This document shows, in pieces, positions 1 to 14,722 of a stretch of 64,000 bases of DNA. The notes beneath the pieces were generated by a model. It saw only the letters and a program-made list of their open reading frames with translations. It ran no database searches and was not told the origin of the DNA. The translations under genes and the position numbers were made by a program. The stretch spans positions 6,448,001 to 6,512,000 of the forward strand of contig CM035355.1 in assembly GCA_020137815.1 (NCBI GenBank), written 5' to 3'. The stretch is from Hormiphora californensis. Taxonomy: Eukaryota; Animalia; Ctenophora. Numbering within the stretch: position 1 is the stretch's first letter; every line of letters begins with the position of its first letter.

Positions 1-180
1 GAAAGGGATCTCCTTGTGAAACAGTCCCTTCTCTCCTTCTATCACTTGAAAGTCACCCGGCCAGGTCCTAACTCTCGTCTTGTGAAAGGGGAGTGATTTG
101 GGAACTTTAATCTCGGGTCGGCCGTCAGATAATAGTCGGTGGTGAGGTTGACAACATCGTGTTAATCTCCGACACAACAT
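1..180 (-). CDS. 5' end of an unidentified gene running off the window; N-terminus resembles a mitochondrial presequence
   Basis: ATG at 180 follows a pyrimidine tract and AG (cctatcttag ctca ATG). The frame is open for 60 codons to the window edge: MLCRRLTRCCQPHHRLLSDGRPEIKVPKSLPFHK... Confidence 0.6.
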   Translation of the reverse strand, partial: MLCRRLTRCCQPHHRLLSDGRPEIKVPKSLPFHKTRVRTWPGDFQVIEGEKGLFHKEIPF

Positions 181-386
181 TGAGCTAAGATAGGAGTCAG
201 GTTTAGTATGGGGTTTCTCTGTTTTTACCCTCCTTTTGGTGAGAGAGAAAGATAAAGTAGTGAGGGAAAACAGACATTTTGTACACCACTTTATAGGGTT
301 GAAAGAAGGGGTTAAATTATCAATTATATCTGAAATCTCAAAATACACAAACACACAGACAGTCATTCAAACACACAGCCCTCCCT

Positions 387-2913
387 TTAATCCTCCCCGG
401 CGGGCAGTGAATCTTCCAGGATTTTTACAAATTTGATCCTAATTTCTGTGGAATCATTGCCACGCAGGGTGTCCCCGACAAACGAACATTTAACGTCCAT
501 CTGGACCATCTCTAGAGCACCCCTTATCACCCCACAAATTATGTTGCTGTACCTGGGAAGGAGTGTTGTCGTGGGAACGGGTGTTGTCATTGAAACAGGG
601 AGTGTTGTCATGGAAACGGGGAGATACTAAACTTACCACAAAGTATCTTGACAGTTAGGAGGTAGTTCAACGTATTCAGCAAGGGGATTTTCAGTAATGA
701 CGAGGGAAAATTCATCTTTTGCGGCGGTCCAGTTTTTAATCTCCGGTACAATACCTGAAGAAGGGCTGTGATAAAACAAGAAAAACACCCCACATGGAAA
801 CAAACCCATGAAAAACTATCAAACATCAAACAAACAAACATGACAAACAAACATGATACACCACAAACGGGGGAGTTGACACTCGACCGATATTGACCTT
901 ATTTAGGTGCCGGCAGGCACCTCCGACCCGAAGAAAACAGCAAAAAACGAAAAAAAGAAAAAAAAATTTTTGCCCCTGCACAAAAACCCAAAAATGCCGG
1001 CCCTATTAAGAACAAAGAAAGGTCTTTTTTTTGGGGGGGGGGGGGGGGGGGGCAAAAAACATGTCAACGATTGTGGCCACACCGTTTGAGATATCGACTT
1101 GAAATTTTGTAGGCATGTTCTTGTAGTATTCCTTTGTGTCATGACGTTGGCGGATTTTTGAATTTTTAATTAATTAATTAATTATAGGTAATTAAAAACG
1201 GTGCAAGGGCACCGTGCCCCTGCACATTGCGTGTTCTGTCCCTTGCACCGCGCCCCTGCACCAAATTCTATTTTCCGTTCTGCTTAAAATATCGACTTGA
1301 AACTTTGTAGGAATGTTCTTCAATCATAAAAGATGATGTTCGAAAAGTGGGAATAGTCAAAATTAATTAATTAGTTAGTTAGAGCCGTGCAAAAAATGGA
1401 ATTTGGTGCAGGGGCAGGCAATGTGCAAGGGCAAATGGTTCAGGGGCTGCCCTTGCACCAATTTTATGATCGAACTGTGTCCACACCGTTTAATATTTTG
1501 ACACGAAACTTTCTATGCATGTTCTAGTAGCATAACTACGAGTACTAGAAGAGCCGTATGATTAATATATCAATTAGGTAATTAATTATAGGCAAATTAA
1601 TTAAAATTTGCCCCTGCACAATTTGTGCAAATTTCCCCTGAACATGTGCCCTTGCACCATTTTGTTTGCCCCTGCACATTTTTTGCAACTTTGATATTCA
1701 AACTGTGGCCACACCGTTTGAAATTTCGAAATGAAACTTTGCATGTATGTTCTAGTAGTATAACTACGAGTCATAACGGAGCCGGATTTTTGATTTTCTA
1801 ATTAATTAATTAATTATAATAAATTAAAACTTTTGCCCCTGCACCAATTTGCCCCTGCACAATTTTGGCAAATTTGATATTCAAACTTTGAGCCTTTGTG
1901 AAAGTAATGAAAATTATTTATTTCAGGTTATGATGAACAATAAGCTATAAAAACGCCCCTTTTTATTACACAAGCCTGTGCTTGGTATCGAAGACACCTC
2001 ACACTCTGTCGCCGGGCGACCTTCGCGTGCACACGCTGGCAAGGGGTAACTTCGTAACCAAAGCCTGTGCATTGTGCATAATGAAATGGATAAATTTTCA
2101 TCCAGTTGCTGGCGATAGAACTCGATAGAGTTCGATTGATTTACCATGACAACGGAGTTGGTTACCATACTAACCAGAGAATTCGTTGTAAAATAGTCCT
2201 TTCTTGCTATAAACTCGGCCTTTAGATAGAAAATTGATTTTATTCTACTCGCACTAATGCAAGGGCATTTCACAGTTTGGTGCCGTTATTTTTGTCTCTA
2301 TTTTTAATAGGATTTTGGGATTAGACTGAAAGTATGGGATCATTTGAGAAGTAGTGAAGATTTGAAACATGTTAGCAACTTGCCGGTTCGACAAACTAAA
2401 CCCATATGATTCCAACTTCGGGTCGGACGAGGGGAAGCTTGCCTTTTGCGAACATATAATACACCCCAAACATGACAAGTAAACAAACAAAGAACATTCA
2501 ACAATTACTAACCAAGGAACATTTTAAATCCCTGTTTACAGAGAATATCAGCAACTTCCTCCAGCGTGGTACATCGTGTGACACTGGGGGTATGCGCCAG
2601 GAAATCATCAATCAGCCGAACCCCAATATTATACCCCATAGACTCAAGTTGTTTATTTACCTGGTGGTGGTTGGGAGTTAGCCAGGAATTGTCCTACTCA
2701 AACTCTCAGAAAAGGGCTTTGGATGAAACTTTTTCGAGTCACAAAAGCCAGAAAAAGGATTGGATTAAGTGAAATTTAATCATGATGCATTGTAACTACC
2801 TCTTCAGGATTTTCAAAGTCCTTGAGTAGTTGTGCAACCATACACCCGTATGTGAGACTGAACAGCTCCGAAGAGACCCGCTTTGGGTCAACAGCACCAC
2901 GACCCCTGGACAT
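387..2913 (-). CDS. TRAPPC3: Trafficking protein particle complex subunit 3 (BET3), 4 exons: 2913-2800, 2660-2513, 754-637, 552-387
   Basis: The spliced translation [61 protein letters not shown].../...[11 protein letters not shown].../[19 protein letters not shown]...[10 protein letters not shown] is typical BET3. Introns are GT-AG with consistent phases. Confidence 0.96.
903..2021. mobile_element. Non-autonomous repeat in TRAPPC3 intron 2, Helentron/DINE-like architecture
   Basis: 5' hairpin aggtgcc-ggca-ggcacct. Many internal gcccctgcac/gtgcaagggc repeats. 3' gacacct followed by the hairpin gtcgcc-g-ggcgac. No credible ORF; boundaries approximate. Confidence 0.45.
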
Positions 2914-3302
2914 TATCTATACAAGAAGGAAAGGGAGAGAGAAATATCGAAGGAGATGGAGGATGAAAGATAGAGACAAGTGGGATAAGTATCACATCCT
3001 AGAGGGTATAGGTATCATCCAGTAACAAATTTACACGGGCTGAGAAAAAGCGTGTGGGTTCACCATGAAAATAAAAAACTCGGAGGGTTAAAATCAGCAG
3101 GGGTTAACAAATCAAGAAAAAAACATTTATAAATTAGAAAAAACCTTTCCCTCTCTAGACCCAATCATAGCAACAATGCCAGGCACAACACCTAACCTCC
3201 ATTTTATGGCCAAATCTTAGACATCCACTGCCCTGATGTTAACAGTCGGTTTGTGAGAGAGGGAGAGGAGAGTAGCCACTAGTCAAGTGTTACAGGGTGC
3301 TA

Positions 3303-6300
3303 CTAAAAAAACGTCTCCCTCCTTGGAGGCGTCGGAGAGGACATAGGCGTGACACTCCTACTCAGAATCTTCTGGATCTTCTTCAACCTTTCCAACCAAT
3401 TGCAGCTGTACGCCATTGTCCCAGTCACTGTTAGTCCATTACTCACTTGGCAGAGATGGTTGGCATTCACCGCCATCTGTCTAACCAGGCCCGCTAGAGA
3501 GCTGTTGCTCACCAGCAGCCCACTGTGCGGTTTCAGGTCTGACAGTTTGGTGGTTTTGTGACTCTCTAACTTGACAAGATTCATGCTGTTTGGTTGAGGT
3601 TCAATAATCACATCACACAGATTCAACTGACCCTTGATTGTTCCTTGTTTGTACGGCTGGCCACTGTCATTGTACACAATCGTCACAAAGTTGTTCCCTA
3701 TGTGCCGTTTCTTGTTGGTGCTCGTTGGATCCGTTTCATTTTGTGGCATGAGCGTGGCCACATGAAATATAACCTGGGTCGTTTTATCCCTCCAGCTAAT
3801 GGCATAATCCCCATCATGACCACTGGTATCCAACCCTCCCACGTACACAGTACTCTGATCACATTTACTCAGCCATATCATATCCCCCAGCTCCTTGACA
3901 AACTCAACATACCGGGTACTGCCGTACGTGTTCCTCAGGATCTTCACCTCGTTCGTCTGAGATGGACCCACGTACAACACTCCAATCTTGTGGGTATTGG
4001 AGACCAGTATCCGGTCAAGGGCTCGAAGGGACCGGGAGAGGTCCTCTGTATCCGGCATTAGGATTGGCATGGTTTCCATGTTGGCTGTGATGAGGGGGTA
4101 AACTTGCCGGAAGATGAAGGATGGATCAATGTCATGATGGCCACCGTCCTCCCCTCCAACAGAGAATTTGGAGCCGTTAATTTCCGCACTGGATGAAGTT
4201 CGGGAGTTTCCAGGGTAACGGGGTGATGAAAGGGGTGATGAGGTGGAGGAGTCCCGTGATGTTTCATCTCCACCCTCATCCCCCGCACCATGAGCAAGGG
4301 TTGTGGAGGGGGTAGCGGTGGAAGATGAGGTGGCAGTTTGTTCGGATATCCCATTTTGTTTTGCGTACTTGAAAAGGGATGGTTTGTGGAGTAGACCCTC
4401 CCCTCGAGCGGCTGATTCCTTATCACCGAACTTCTGGCAGATGTTCACAGTCATGGCTGACTTCTGCTCCTCGAAAGATCCACTGACCGTATCACGTAGC
4501 GAGTCTGCGGATATCCCCAAATCACTGTGGGATCTTGGCCTCACTTCAATCCCCGTTGTTGGTGTCATTTCATCGGCCTGTGGTGTACTAAGCCTTCGTT
4601 TCCGTTGAGCAACACCTCCGTGTTTTAACGAACCTGCCAGTTGTTCCAGCCGGGAGTCACTGTAATCAGACCTGATATCACGTATCAGTAGCTGAGAGAG
4701 ATCATCATCAAACAGTGATGTGATCTGATGACAATCACCCCCAACTCGTGCATCCAAACTGACAAAATGACATTTATTCTGCAATCTTATCACCATACTA
4801 CTGTTACTAGTAGGAGTCCTGACCTCCAACCTTGCATAATCCTTACACCAGCACCCACACGCTGGCGTGAGCACCTTTGCAACGTGATCCGTACTACTCC
4901 CACCAATGGGGATACCTGACCCATACTCCTGACTTGTCTCTGGACTAGAATTAAAGGACCGCTCACCCACCAGAGCCTGGATCATATCACACCTATCACA
5001 TTGTCCGCCATCTGAGACACCGGCACAGGAGAGAGTCGTAGTGATTGTTATCAGGGTATTCCGAACAACCCAAGTTTTCGTCTTGCCGTTATTGAACAAA
5101 AACTCAATCTGTGATGATTTTTTGATGATGTTACATCTCCCAGAGAACATCCACCTCTCAAGGAGATCCTCAGTAACGTCTATCAGTTGATGATGAGCTG
5201 ATATCTTTCCCTCGTCCTTGTTGATCGAGTCTGTGGAGGGAACCTTTCTAAAATTGGCACGTGCACTCGCCACCGAGCTGTGCCGACCGAAATCACCCGA
5301 TTTGGGCCGCAAACCCCGGGAATCCTTCGACTCGGTGGAGATCTTTCTCCGTTCTTTGTTAGGTGGATCCGGGTGGCAACTCTCGGCACGAGGTTTTCGC
5401 TGTTCAGCACTTTTAACCGCGCTCCTCAGCTGACTAAGAATATAATCCTTGAAAGCGGGCCGGTGCTTGTAATGACACCTCACGTACCAGTTGCACACAA
5501 CCACGTGTGCAAAATGGATCACGTACACATCGTATTTCACTGGGTCTGTGTATGGGAGAATGACGCTGATAACAACTTTGTACTCTTCCTCTGTAAAATC
5601 CCGGTATAGTAAGGGGTTGAGGGAGACGACCGATAGGAAGGAGAGAGTGGCTATAGCCAGATGTCGGCCCGCTGCTATCTGGGCTATGTTCCTGATTATG
5701 TTATAGATAAAGCTCGGTTTGACTAGTGGCGTCATTTCCATGGTTGCTATGATAAGCCCCTCAATACAAATCTTTGTAGCGTTCTTGTCAGTCAGACCGG
5801 ATATGAGGGATTTTAGGATCTTTCGAGCACCATCGCAACTCCCACATACTTTGTATAGTTGAGCTTGGTATGGAATCAGTCGGACCAAAACCTGAAAAAA
5901 TGTAACATAGCAAAGTTTAGAATTATATAAGGATGGATTTACAATAATTTCTGAGTCTCTTTAATGCTACCGTTCGTTCACGGAGACAGTACGGACACTT
6001 CAGTAAACATTTGCACATACCGGATATATTTTGACTTTCACATCCGAGATAGTGAAATCCTTGTGACTATGTCTCAGCTCCATAAGCCGGGTGGGATCCC
6101 CCAGGAGACCCAACAGCTGCCCTGTCACCGTGTCTACACTGGTCATAGTTTGGAAGTTAGCGTTACAGAATCTCTTCTTCATTATGGAGAGGGTGACTTC
6201 CAGCACCTTCCAGTCTTCCTCCTGCGGGAGATATATTTGGTTACCTAGTGAAATATAACAATACTTATGGGAGTTGCGTTTTAGCCTCTTAGAAAAACAA

Positions 6301-9300
6301 GGTACGAGTGAGAAATTAGATATTTTGCTATGTTTCCATTATAACTACCAAATAACTAACCTTGCTAAGACAATGGTACAATAAATGCTCCACGTGATTG
6401 TATGGCAGGTTAGACACCACAAATTCATCCTCATCAGCAGGTACCTCAGGTATAGGTAGTTCCAGCTTGTCCGGTGTCACCTGTTTACAGTAGGGGGATT
6501 ATGTTGGCACATGGAGAAAAAAGTAGGGGAGATTTGTGGAGTAGGGGAGATTTACTAGGACAACCCTTTCCCCCCCGAGTATCCCGGTAAATCGGGGCCC
6601 GACTGAGTAATAAGTACCTCTTGAGGCCGAAGGCAAACATCAGCAACGTTGACCCGTAAGAAAGGGCAGGTTACAAATCGTATTGCAGCGCAAGTGGCCG
6701 CCGCGGGTGGGAGGTATACAATAGTTTCCCCTTTCGATGACATGCTAATCCTCCATAGACACTCCAAAATCTGAGGGGGAGGGGGTGTAATAACATGAAA
6801 AAAGAGCACTTTGGGATAAAATTTGTTCGTAAACAAACGATATAGAAGTAAATTTATGTTATGCAATTCAAAATTTACCCGTTGCCGAATTTTGGCAGTT
6901 GATACAAAGTAGGGTTTGAAAGCTGTCGAATAGAATCCAGTTGCCAACTTTACTAGTCCTTCAAAGAGGAATAGAGCATGACGGCTGGGGGGCTTGGAAA
7001 CCTAAAATAGTAGATTGTAATTTGTAGAATATCAATCTGTATTGATGATCTATAAAAGAAACAGGAATTGAATATTTACGGATGATAATATGGTTGTACC
7101 TTGTTTATAAAAAGTTTAATAAGCTCATCACACAGTAGTATAGACTCGTTCTCATCCTTCTGCTGTACTACAACAGATACCACCTGGAGATGAAAACCAT
7201 TTAAATCATCTTGGGACCGGTAATCCAATCTGCATGATGTATGATTCTAAAACCATACTCATATAACTCTAACACCTTGAGTTACGGCTGACTCGAACAC
7301 CGAAATAATACAACCCTAACCCATATCCTATCCTATCCTAAACCCCCTCCTAAACTTTTCCACATCATCGTACCTTGAGTATAATATTGACGATGTTATA
7401 GAAGCACCTTGTTTTACACCGGTAGCATAACCATAGTAGAAACTGGACAGCTCGGTATCGGACCTGGCATGGGAGAGGGAATGATCACCATAGTAACGCA
7501 CACACAAACAAACAAACAAATAAACAAACAAACAAACAAACAAACGAACAAACAAACAAACAAACAAACAAACAAACAAACAAACAAACAAACAAACAAA
7601 CAAACAAACAAACAAACAAACAAACAAACAAACAAACAAACAAACAAATAAAGAAACTGACCTTAGGGTGGGGATCCAGATGGGTGTTAACCAGGGTCGG
7701 CAAGACTATCCTGTCCAACATTTCATCCTGAGCAGGGGGAGATGTAAATAAATCACAGTGCTAGGTAGCCACAGTATTATTCTCTAAATAAAACCCCATC
7801 ATTAATTCTAATTCCCCGATAAACACCCTTTGTAACCCCAAATAACACGCCTCATTCCCCAATTAACACACCTCATAAACAATGATAAAGCGTATTCCCC
7901 GGCCCAATTAACATACCTCATTCCCACCCAATTAACACACCTCATAAAGCTCATAGAACTGCTCCACGACACCCCGACACTGCTCCAGTGCGTCCCTCCT
8001 CATCCACTCAGGTCTGTTTGGCCCATGGAAGTCTGCTAGAAACTGGGCCAGATTGTCAAGCCAGTTTAGCACACCAGGAACTATGAGACGCTCCTTTCGA
8101 ACCATAAGAAAGTCAAATGACTCTTTCTGAAAATGAAAAAGAATCTCTTGGATTGGTCACTGCGCTGGCAAGCGCAAAGGTGACCATCCCCCCCCCCCCA
8201 GCCGCGCGTGCCAGAATGCAGTAATAACTTTTTTCAGTTTTTAGCCAAAAATGGCATTTTCCGACGCCCATAGCGAGGCCCCCACTGCACCGATCGGTCT
8301 GAAATTTGGTATACAGTGTTACATAGTATAGATCTACTGTAGTTTAAAAGGGCAAGTCTCTATCTCTTTTAGTTTTAGAGATATGGCATCGTGAAAAAAG
8401 CAATAAATGTCCCGGGTCTATGTATCTATGTATCTATCTATGTATCTATGTATCTATGGATAGACGCTGTTTTACCAAATTTATAATCGTTTTTGAGAGA
8501 AAACGACATAAGATAGACACTTCTCGTTTGTTGCATTCGAAAGATAATCGTTTGAATTGTGTAGACGAATAGTTTTCATGTTCTAGGTCCGACCAAAACG
8601 TCTTAACAAACTGTCATAAAGTTAAGACATTTTTCAAATAAACCAATTTTCTTTGAGCTCAATTTACACCCTGAAGACAGCTTCTGATTGAAAAACGGAG
8701 ACCACACTTAAACAGGATTTAAACAGGATTTAAACAATATACATCTATAATGGTACTTCATTGTCAGATGAAAAAGAAAGTTAAAGATGCTAAGGTGATT
8801 AAAGTTAAATTTAAGTTTTAAATCATTAGGCAAAAAACTTATGAAAGATAATCTCTATTATAATTTGGAGATGAACGTCGAAGTGGTCGTTCGTTCAGCG
8901 GTATCTAAGCGACAGGCTGCTCCTTCATAAAACGTTTTATAGGCCCATAGCTGTAAAGCTGCTATTCACACTTTTGGAACTTCCAGTGGAAGTTTGTTAA
9001 TATTTCCGAATGAATTTTAACATGCCAGTCCCCATAGTTACCAATTCAGTTGTCATGGCAACCGTTTTATTGACGTTGAAAAGGGCAAAAAGAACCACCC
9101 GGCGAAGCCGGGTGGGTTATCAAAAAGCCCTTACTTGAGGCGCACCCAATGGGTGCGCTAGTCTCTATTATAAGTTGGAGATGAACGACGTCGAAGTGAT
9201 GGCCGTTCGTTAGGCGGTATCTAAGCGACATACTGCTCCTTCATAAAACACTTCAGTGTGTCCAAAGCTGTAAAGCTTCCATTTACACTTTTGGAACTTC

Positions 9301-10000
9301 CAGTGGAAGTTTTTTAATATTTTCGAATGACTTTCAACATGCCAGTCCTCAGAGTTACCAATTCAGTTGCCATGGCAACGGTTTTATTGACGTTGAAAGT
9401 GAAAGAACCACCCGGCGAAGCCGGGTGGGTTATTAAAAACCCTTCCTTGAGGCGCACCCAGTGGGTGCGCTAGTCGTCTAAACTTTCAGAAACTATATCG
9501 CGAATTTGTGAAACTCTATTTTTAAGGGTCTCAAATCGCGTCTGAAGTGTTAAGACTGTATGAAAATAGATATGACGACAGTGCGTTTTTCACCATAGCG
9601 ACCTCAAATCTTGTCCAATCGATCTCAAACTTGGTCAGCATCTTTATCTAGATGAGCCTGATACTAATTTTCCACTAGCATGACGTTATAACGTCGTGAT
9701 GTCACGCTATGACGTCAAAATGACGTCAAAATTGAAATTTTCGTATTTTAGCGATTCCTGACGGTCTTTACACGTTCTGCTACGTCCAGACATGTCTTAC
9801 ATCGTATTTCATATCAGAAAATACCAAAAATATACCCCAATTATGCCAAAAACTAACAGAAATTAGTTGGCTGGAAAGGTGACCACTTTTGTTGTCAAAC
9901 TGACACCTTTGCCCGGCCCGGGTTATGGATATCATCGATGGGGTAAATCAGGAAGTTTGAGAAGAAAGAAAGAGAGATAAAGAGAGAGGGAGAGAGAGAG

Positions 10001-10046
<46 letters not shown>

Positions 10047-11619
10047 CTCTCTCTCGTCTCTGATCTCTCTCTCTATCTCTCTCTCTCTCTCTCTCTCTTT
10101 TCCCTCCCTCTCTGCTATGCTCTCCCTCCCTCTCTTGCTCCTCTCTTGCCTTTCTGTCTCCCCCCCCTCTCAGGTCAAGGTGTCATGTGACCACAAAATG
10201 GTCACCTTCCAGACCAATAATTTCTGTTAGTTTTTGGCATAATATTTAAATAAGTAATAAGGCCGCTGTTACTTATTTCACCAGTCACATCATTACAAAA
10301 TGAAGATCTTTGTTTTTCCTTAAATCCTTACCGGCCTTATCTCGATACAGCTCTCGACAATATCATAGAATCGATCACTCAGGACCTGTTGATTACAGTA
10401 TAGCGCCTCCCCCAAGTCTAAAACTTTGTTTAGTTGCTGGGTCAGTTCCTCGTGCCTAAATCCTCGTTCTTTCAACTGATGGGGGATTTGTTGATATGAA
10501 GAAGGCCTTGTATTGTTAAACTTTAAAGATTTGTCCGTAGGAAACGGATAGATCGGTTGGAGGAGACAAGGAAAAATTGAGATGGAGATGGGGTGAAGAA
10601 GAAATGAGAGTGTTTTAAAACGTTCCGCTAGGACCTAGAACATGAAAACTATGGACGCAATTATAATCTTGGTGCCTCACAGCCTGTTTATGTGATATTA
10701 GTAGCTAGCGGCCATGAATTTAGATGAGCCTTTGTCTTACAATCGGGGTGCCTCCTGGTTCTTAGTCGTGGTGCTTGAACAATGAACATCCAGTGATGAT
10801 GCAGTTTAAATGTTCATCTAAATTCGGATGTTTATATCTTTGAATTTATTGTATCATTAAAGATTTGTTCGAAGGAAACTGATATATGGGTGGGAGGGAA
10901 CGAGGCCAGCTAATCAAGAGTAGTCTCTCTAGATAGAGATGTCTCTCTAGAGAGAGAGAGAGAGAGAGATCATCTACGCTCGCGATATCGAGAGAGAGAG
11001 TAGAGAGAGAGACGAGCGAGAGTAGAGAGAGATCTAGCTTCTATCCTAGCGGAGCTCTCTCTTCTCTCCGCTCCTTCTATCTCGCTCTCTCTCGCACTCT
11101 CTTCTCTCTTATAGAGATCGGCTCGAGATAGCGAGAGAGCGAGACTCTCTCGCGTCTAGCGCTATCTATCGCCTTCTCTCGCGCGATCTACGCAGGTCGA
11201 TCGTCGTTATCGCGCTGATCATCCCCTGCATTTCCCTCCTTTGTCCTAACTTCTATCCTACTTTCATTTCCATATAATATTCCATTTGGATTGCTCCATT
11301 AAATGTGCTTGCGATATTTCAAAATATAATCCATGCATGGACGCTCTCATAGCTAGGCCAGGCCTTGAATCTCCACATATCTCCTTATCGAACTTTAAAA
11401 GATCAATAAAATAAAACGAACTCTGAGATACAATTCTTTTGCATTTTCATCTATGTATGGCCCGAACTTGAGTTTTTTATCAAAATGCCCCATCTTTCTT
11501 TATCTCCACTTTTCATTCCTGCTCTCTTTGTCGGTATAATAAAGGAACACTTCATTCCAATGACATGTTTCTGACCCAATCAAGCTCGCTCACAGCCGCT
11601 CACCTTCAGTGGGATGTAG

Positions 11620-11671
<52 letters not shown>

Positions 11672-12312
11672 AGAGAGCGAGATCTCCTAGCGCCCAGATA
11701 GAACGATAGATTGTAGTAGAGAGAGAGAAATGTAAGGTAGGTCAAGTAATATCATTATCAGCTGTACACATTATATGTAGACCCGCACACACAACACGCT
11801 CAATCTCCGATCTATTTGTGCTCCCCAACGTTTCGCTATGTTTCTCTCCTCAACGTTTCCCTATGTTTCTCTCCTCAACGTTTCCCTATGTGTCGTCTCC
11901 CCAATTTCCCCACACGTTTCGCTAGTTATCTCCCCTCCCAGTCCCCGTCATCTCAAAGGGCACCAGCCTTGGCATTATTAGTCCTATTGAGGTATGGTGA
12001 TCTATTAATGTCATAGTCGCAATGTTTTGGTCTCATCACTCGTCGATACCTTTCCGTCCATGTGAACACAAGTCTCTGTTCAACTGACGTTAGACGTCCT
12101 AATATTTACCCACCTTAGATGGTGTTTTGTTCAAAACTCCTTTTTATTGGAGGTTGTGGAAATAGGGGTCGAGCAGGAAGTTATATTGGCTGAGTTACTA
12201 CCGGCACCATTAAATTTTAGGGCCTTGAATGACGTGAGAAATCAAATTATGGGTTCCCATAGTGATCTATCTGTGAAAATTAAATAAAAAGAAAGGATTA
12301 AAGTTAAATAAC

Positions 12313-12356
<44 letters not shown>

Positions 12357-12431
12357 CGAGGAGAGAGCGATTGTTAGCTTGAGAGGGGTAGCGACAGTGA
12401 TTGCTCTTTATAAATATGGACTTGCCAAGAG

Positions 12432-12463
<32 letters not shown>

Positions 12464-14682
12464 TCGTTCTCAGAGAGATAGATAGCAAATAGAGAAGAGA
12501 GAAGATGATATTATTGGATAGATACATGCAGAAAGGGAGATAGATAGCTTATGTATTTCAGGGAGTGCCATCTGTCCATTAGATCTATCTTGCTAATGCT
12601 TTGTGGGTGGGGTTATTTGGGTATATTATAGTAAAAACAGAGGGAATGTAGTGCATTTTGGACCCATGTGAATCAACCTGTTTCGACACAGTTAGAAGGC
12701 GAAAGGGATGGTTGGGTTTACGAATGATAGTAGAAGAAGTGGTTCTATGTATCTAATATCTGTACTTGTACATAATAAATTCATTGGTTTTAGCAACCCT
12801 TGCACGCTACATCATAGTAGCACAAGTCATTTCTCTCGCTTTCTATCTTTCTCTTTTCTTTCTTTTTCTCTCTCTCAGCTCTGGTCTTGTAGTAGTGATG
12901 TAGGTGATTTCCAATTTTGAGATTGGAAAATTACAGCCTGATTTTTTTAAACACAGCAACCCATATAATATTCAGAATAAATTCAAGCGAGTGAAATTAG
13001 AATTGCTAGACGTCTTATATCTGGGAAGTGTGGTTTGGTAGAGAGAGTTTGATTAAACCTGCAGATAACTGACAGAAGTTTGTTATATGCGGAAGAAGGA
13101 GGGGGAGCCAAAATTAGAGAGAGGCGAGCGAGATTTTGACTGAAAGAGAGATAGATAGGGAGAGTGAGATACAGAGCTTGAAAACCACACTAGATCAATT
13201 TTAATTGCGGTTTTTCTTTTAACACCACGAGCTCTCGCCTCCTCTCGTCGCCTCTCTCTCACTCTCTCTCTCTCCTCTCTTCTCGCTCTCATCTCTCTCT
13301 TCTCTGGTCTCTCTCTCCTCAATCTCGTGTCTCGCTCGTCAATACTCTCCTCTTCTCTCTCTCTCCCTCTCTCTCTCTTTCCCCTACCAACCATCGCCGC
13401 CCCTCCCAACGCTTGGCCTTAAATTCCCCAGATGTGGGAACAGGTTTAAATCCCCCGAGCCCGGATCCTGTTGGATCCTGGAGGGGCCCCGGAGGGCCTG
13501 CGGAGTAAGGTAGGTAGAACATGTACATAGGGTAAGTTGAACAATGTACATATGTTCAATCAAAGTAAAGGGGAAAATATTTAAAGAGGGGAATTAAAGC
13601 TCATGGAGCTACGAGCATAAGACCTCCTAAACTAATCGTGGACAGACACGCCGCCCCCCCCGAATGTCCTTGGATTCACCCCTTGATAAGCCTACGCGAT
13701 ATGTACAACATTATCGCGGGGAACCAATTAACGTCTCTCATCCTCTCAAAGTCGTTTACCTTCCCTGCGCTTTCCATCTTCCTCACTCACTCCTCTCGAG
13801 CACTCGCTGCCATCACACATGTACTTACAGACAGAGGTGTGTACATGTCCATCGCCATTCTCTTGCTAGAATCAGTAACAGTAGCTTATAAAGGACGATT
13901 AAATTAGTGCTTCATTTGACTCGGTGCTTCCGGCAACCGGAGTTACTGGGGACTTCGATCTGTTTGCGGCTCTCGCCGGTCTCCACCATAGAGCAGGGCC
14001 TAGGGTCTACCTTACAATCGACATTAAGCCCACCGGGGATTTATCATCCCTTCGTTTGCCTCCCCACTGACTCACTCTTATTACACACTCTATGACTCGT
14101 GAATCTAGCTCGACTCCCTGATAGCTTTGTTCTTTGTGAACCCCCCCCCCCCCTCCCCCCTTGGAAACCCCACGCCCCCCCCCCCCGCCCCCTCCCCCCC
14201 CGTAAAGGTTATTTTCGCCCTTCCCCCGGTTTTTTCTTTTTCCCCCCCTACCAAAAACCTTGGTTCCCCTTACCCACCTTTTTCCCTCATTTCCTCCTAT
14301 CCTTTTTCCTCTTAATCGGGTCTCTTAGTGTTTATGTTCATTTTAATTCCCTGCATTTTAAACACACCCCTCTACTTCATCAATCACTGCTCTCTCGTGT
14401 CTCTCCTTCCCCCGGTCCTAACTAAATTTTCCCTGGGGGGTTATTAAACCGTGGAAATTAACCCGACCGGATTGGGGCTAAATTGGAGGCTGCGAGATTC
14501 AGGTAGGAAGAGAGAACAAAGTGAGGTAAAGAAAAGTAGAAGGGATAAGTAAAGGAAAGGAAAGAGGGAATAAGAGTAGGAGACGAAAAGAGACCTCCTA
14601 ACTAGAAGATCATTAGGAGAATAGGAAGGCAGCCATCTGAGATCGAGCCTGAAGAAGCACACACTTATGGCGGTCTAACAAC

Positions 14683-14722
<40 letters not shown>

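Noticed and set aside
7328-7721. ORFs reading FVCL or TNKQ repeats
   Set aside because: They are translations of the (CAAA)n microsatellite. Only 7662-7727 is a real TSC2 exon.
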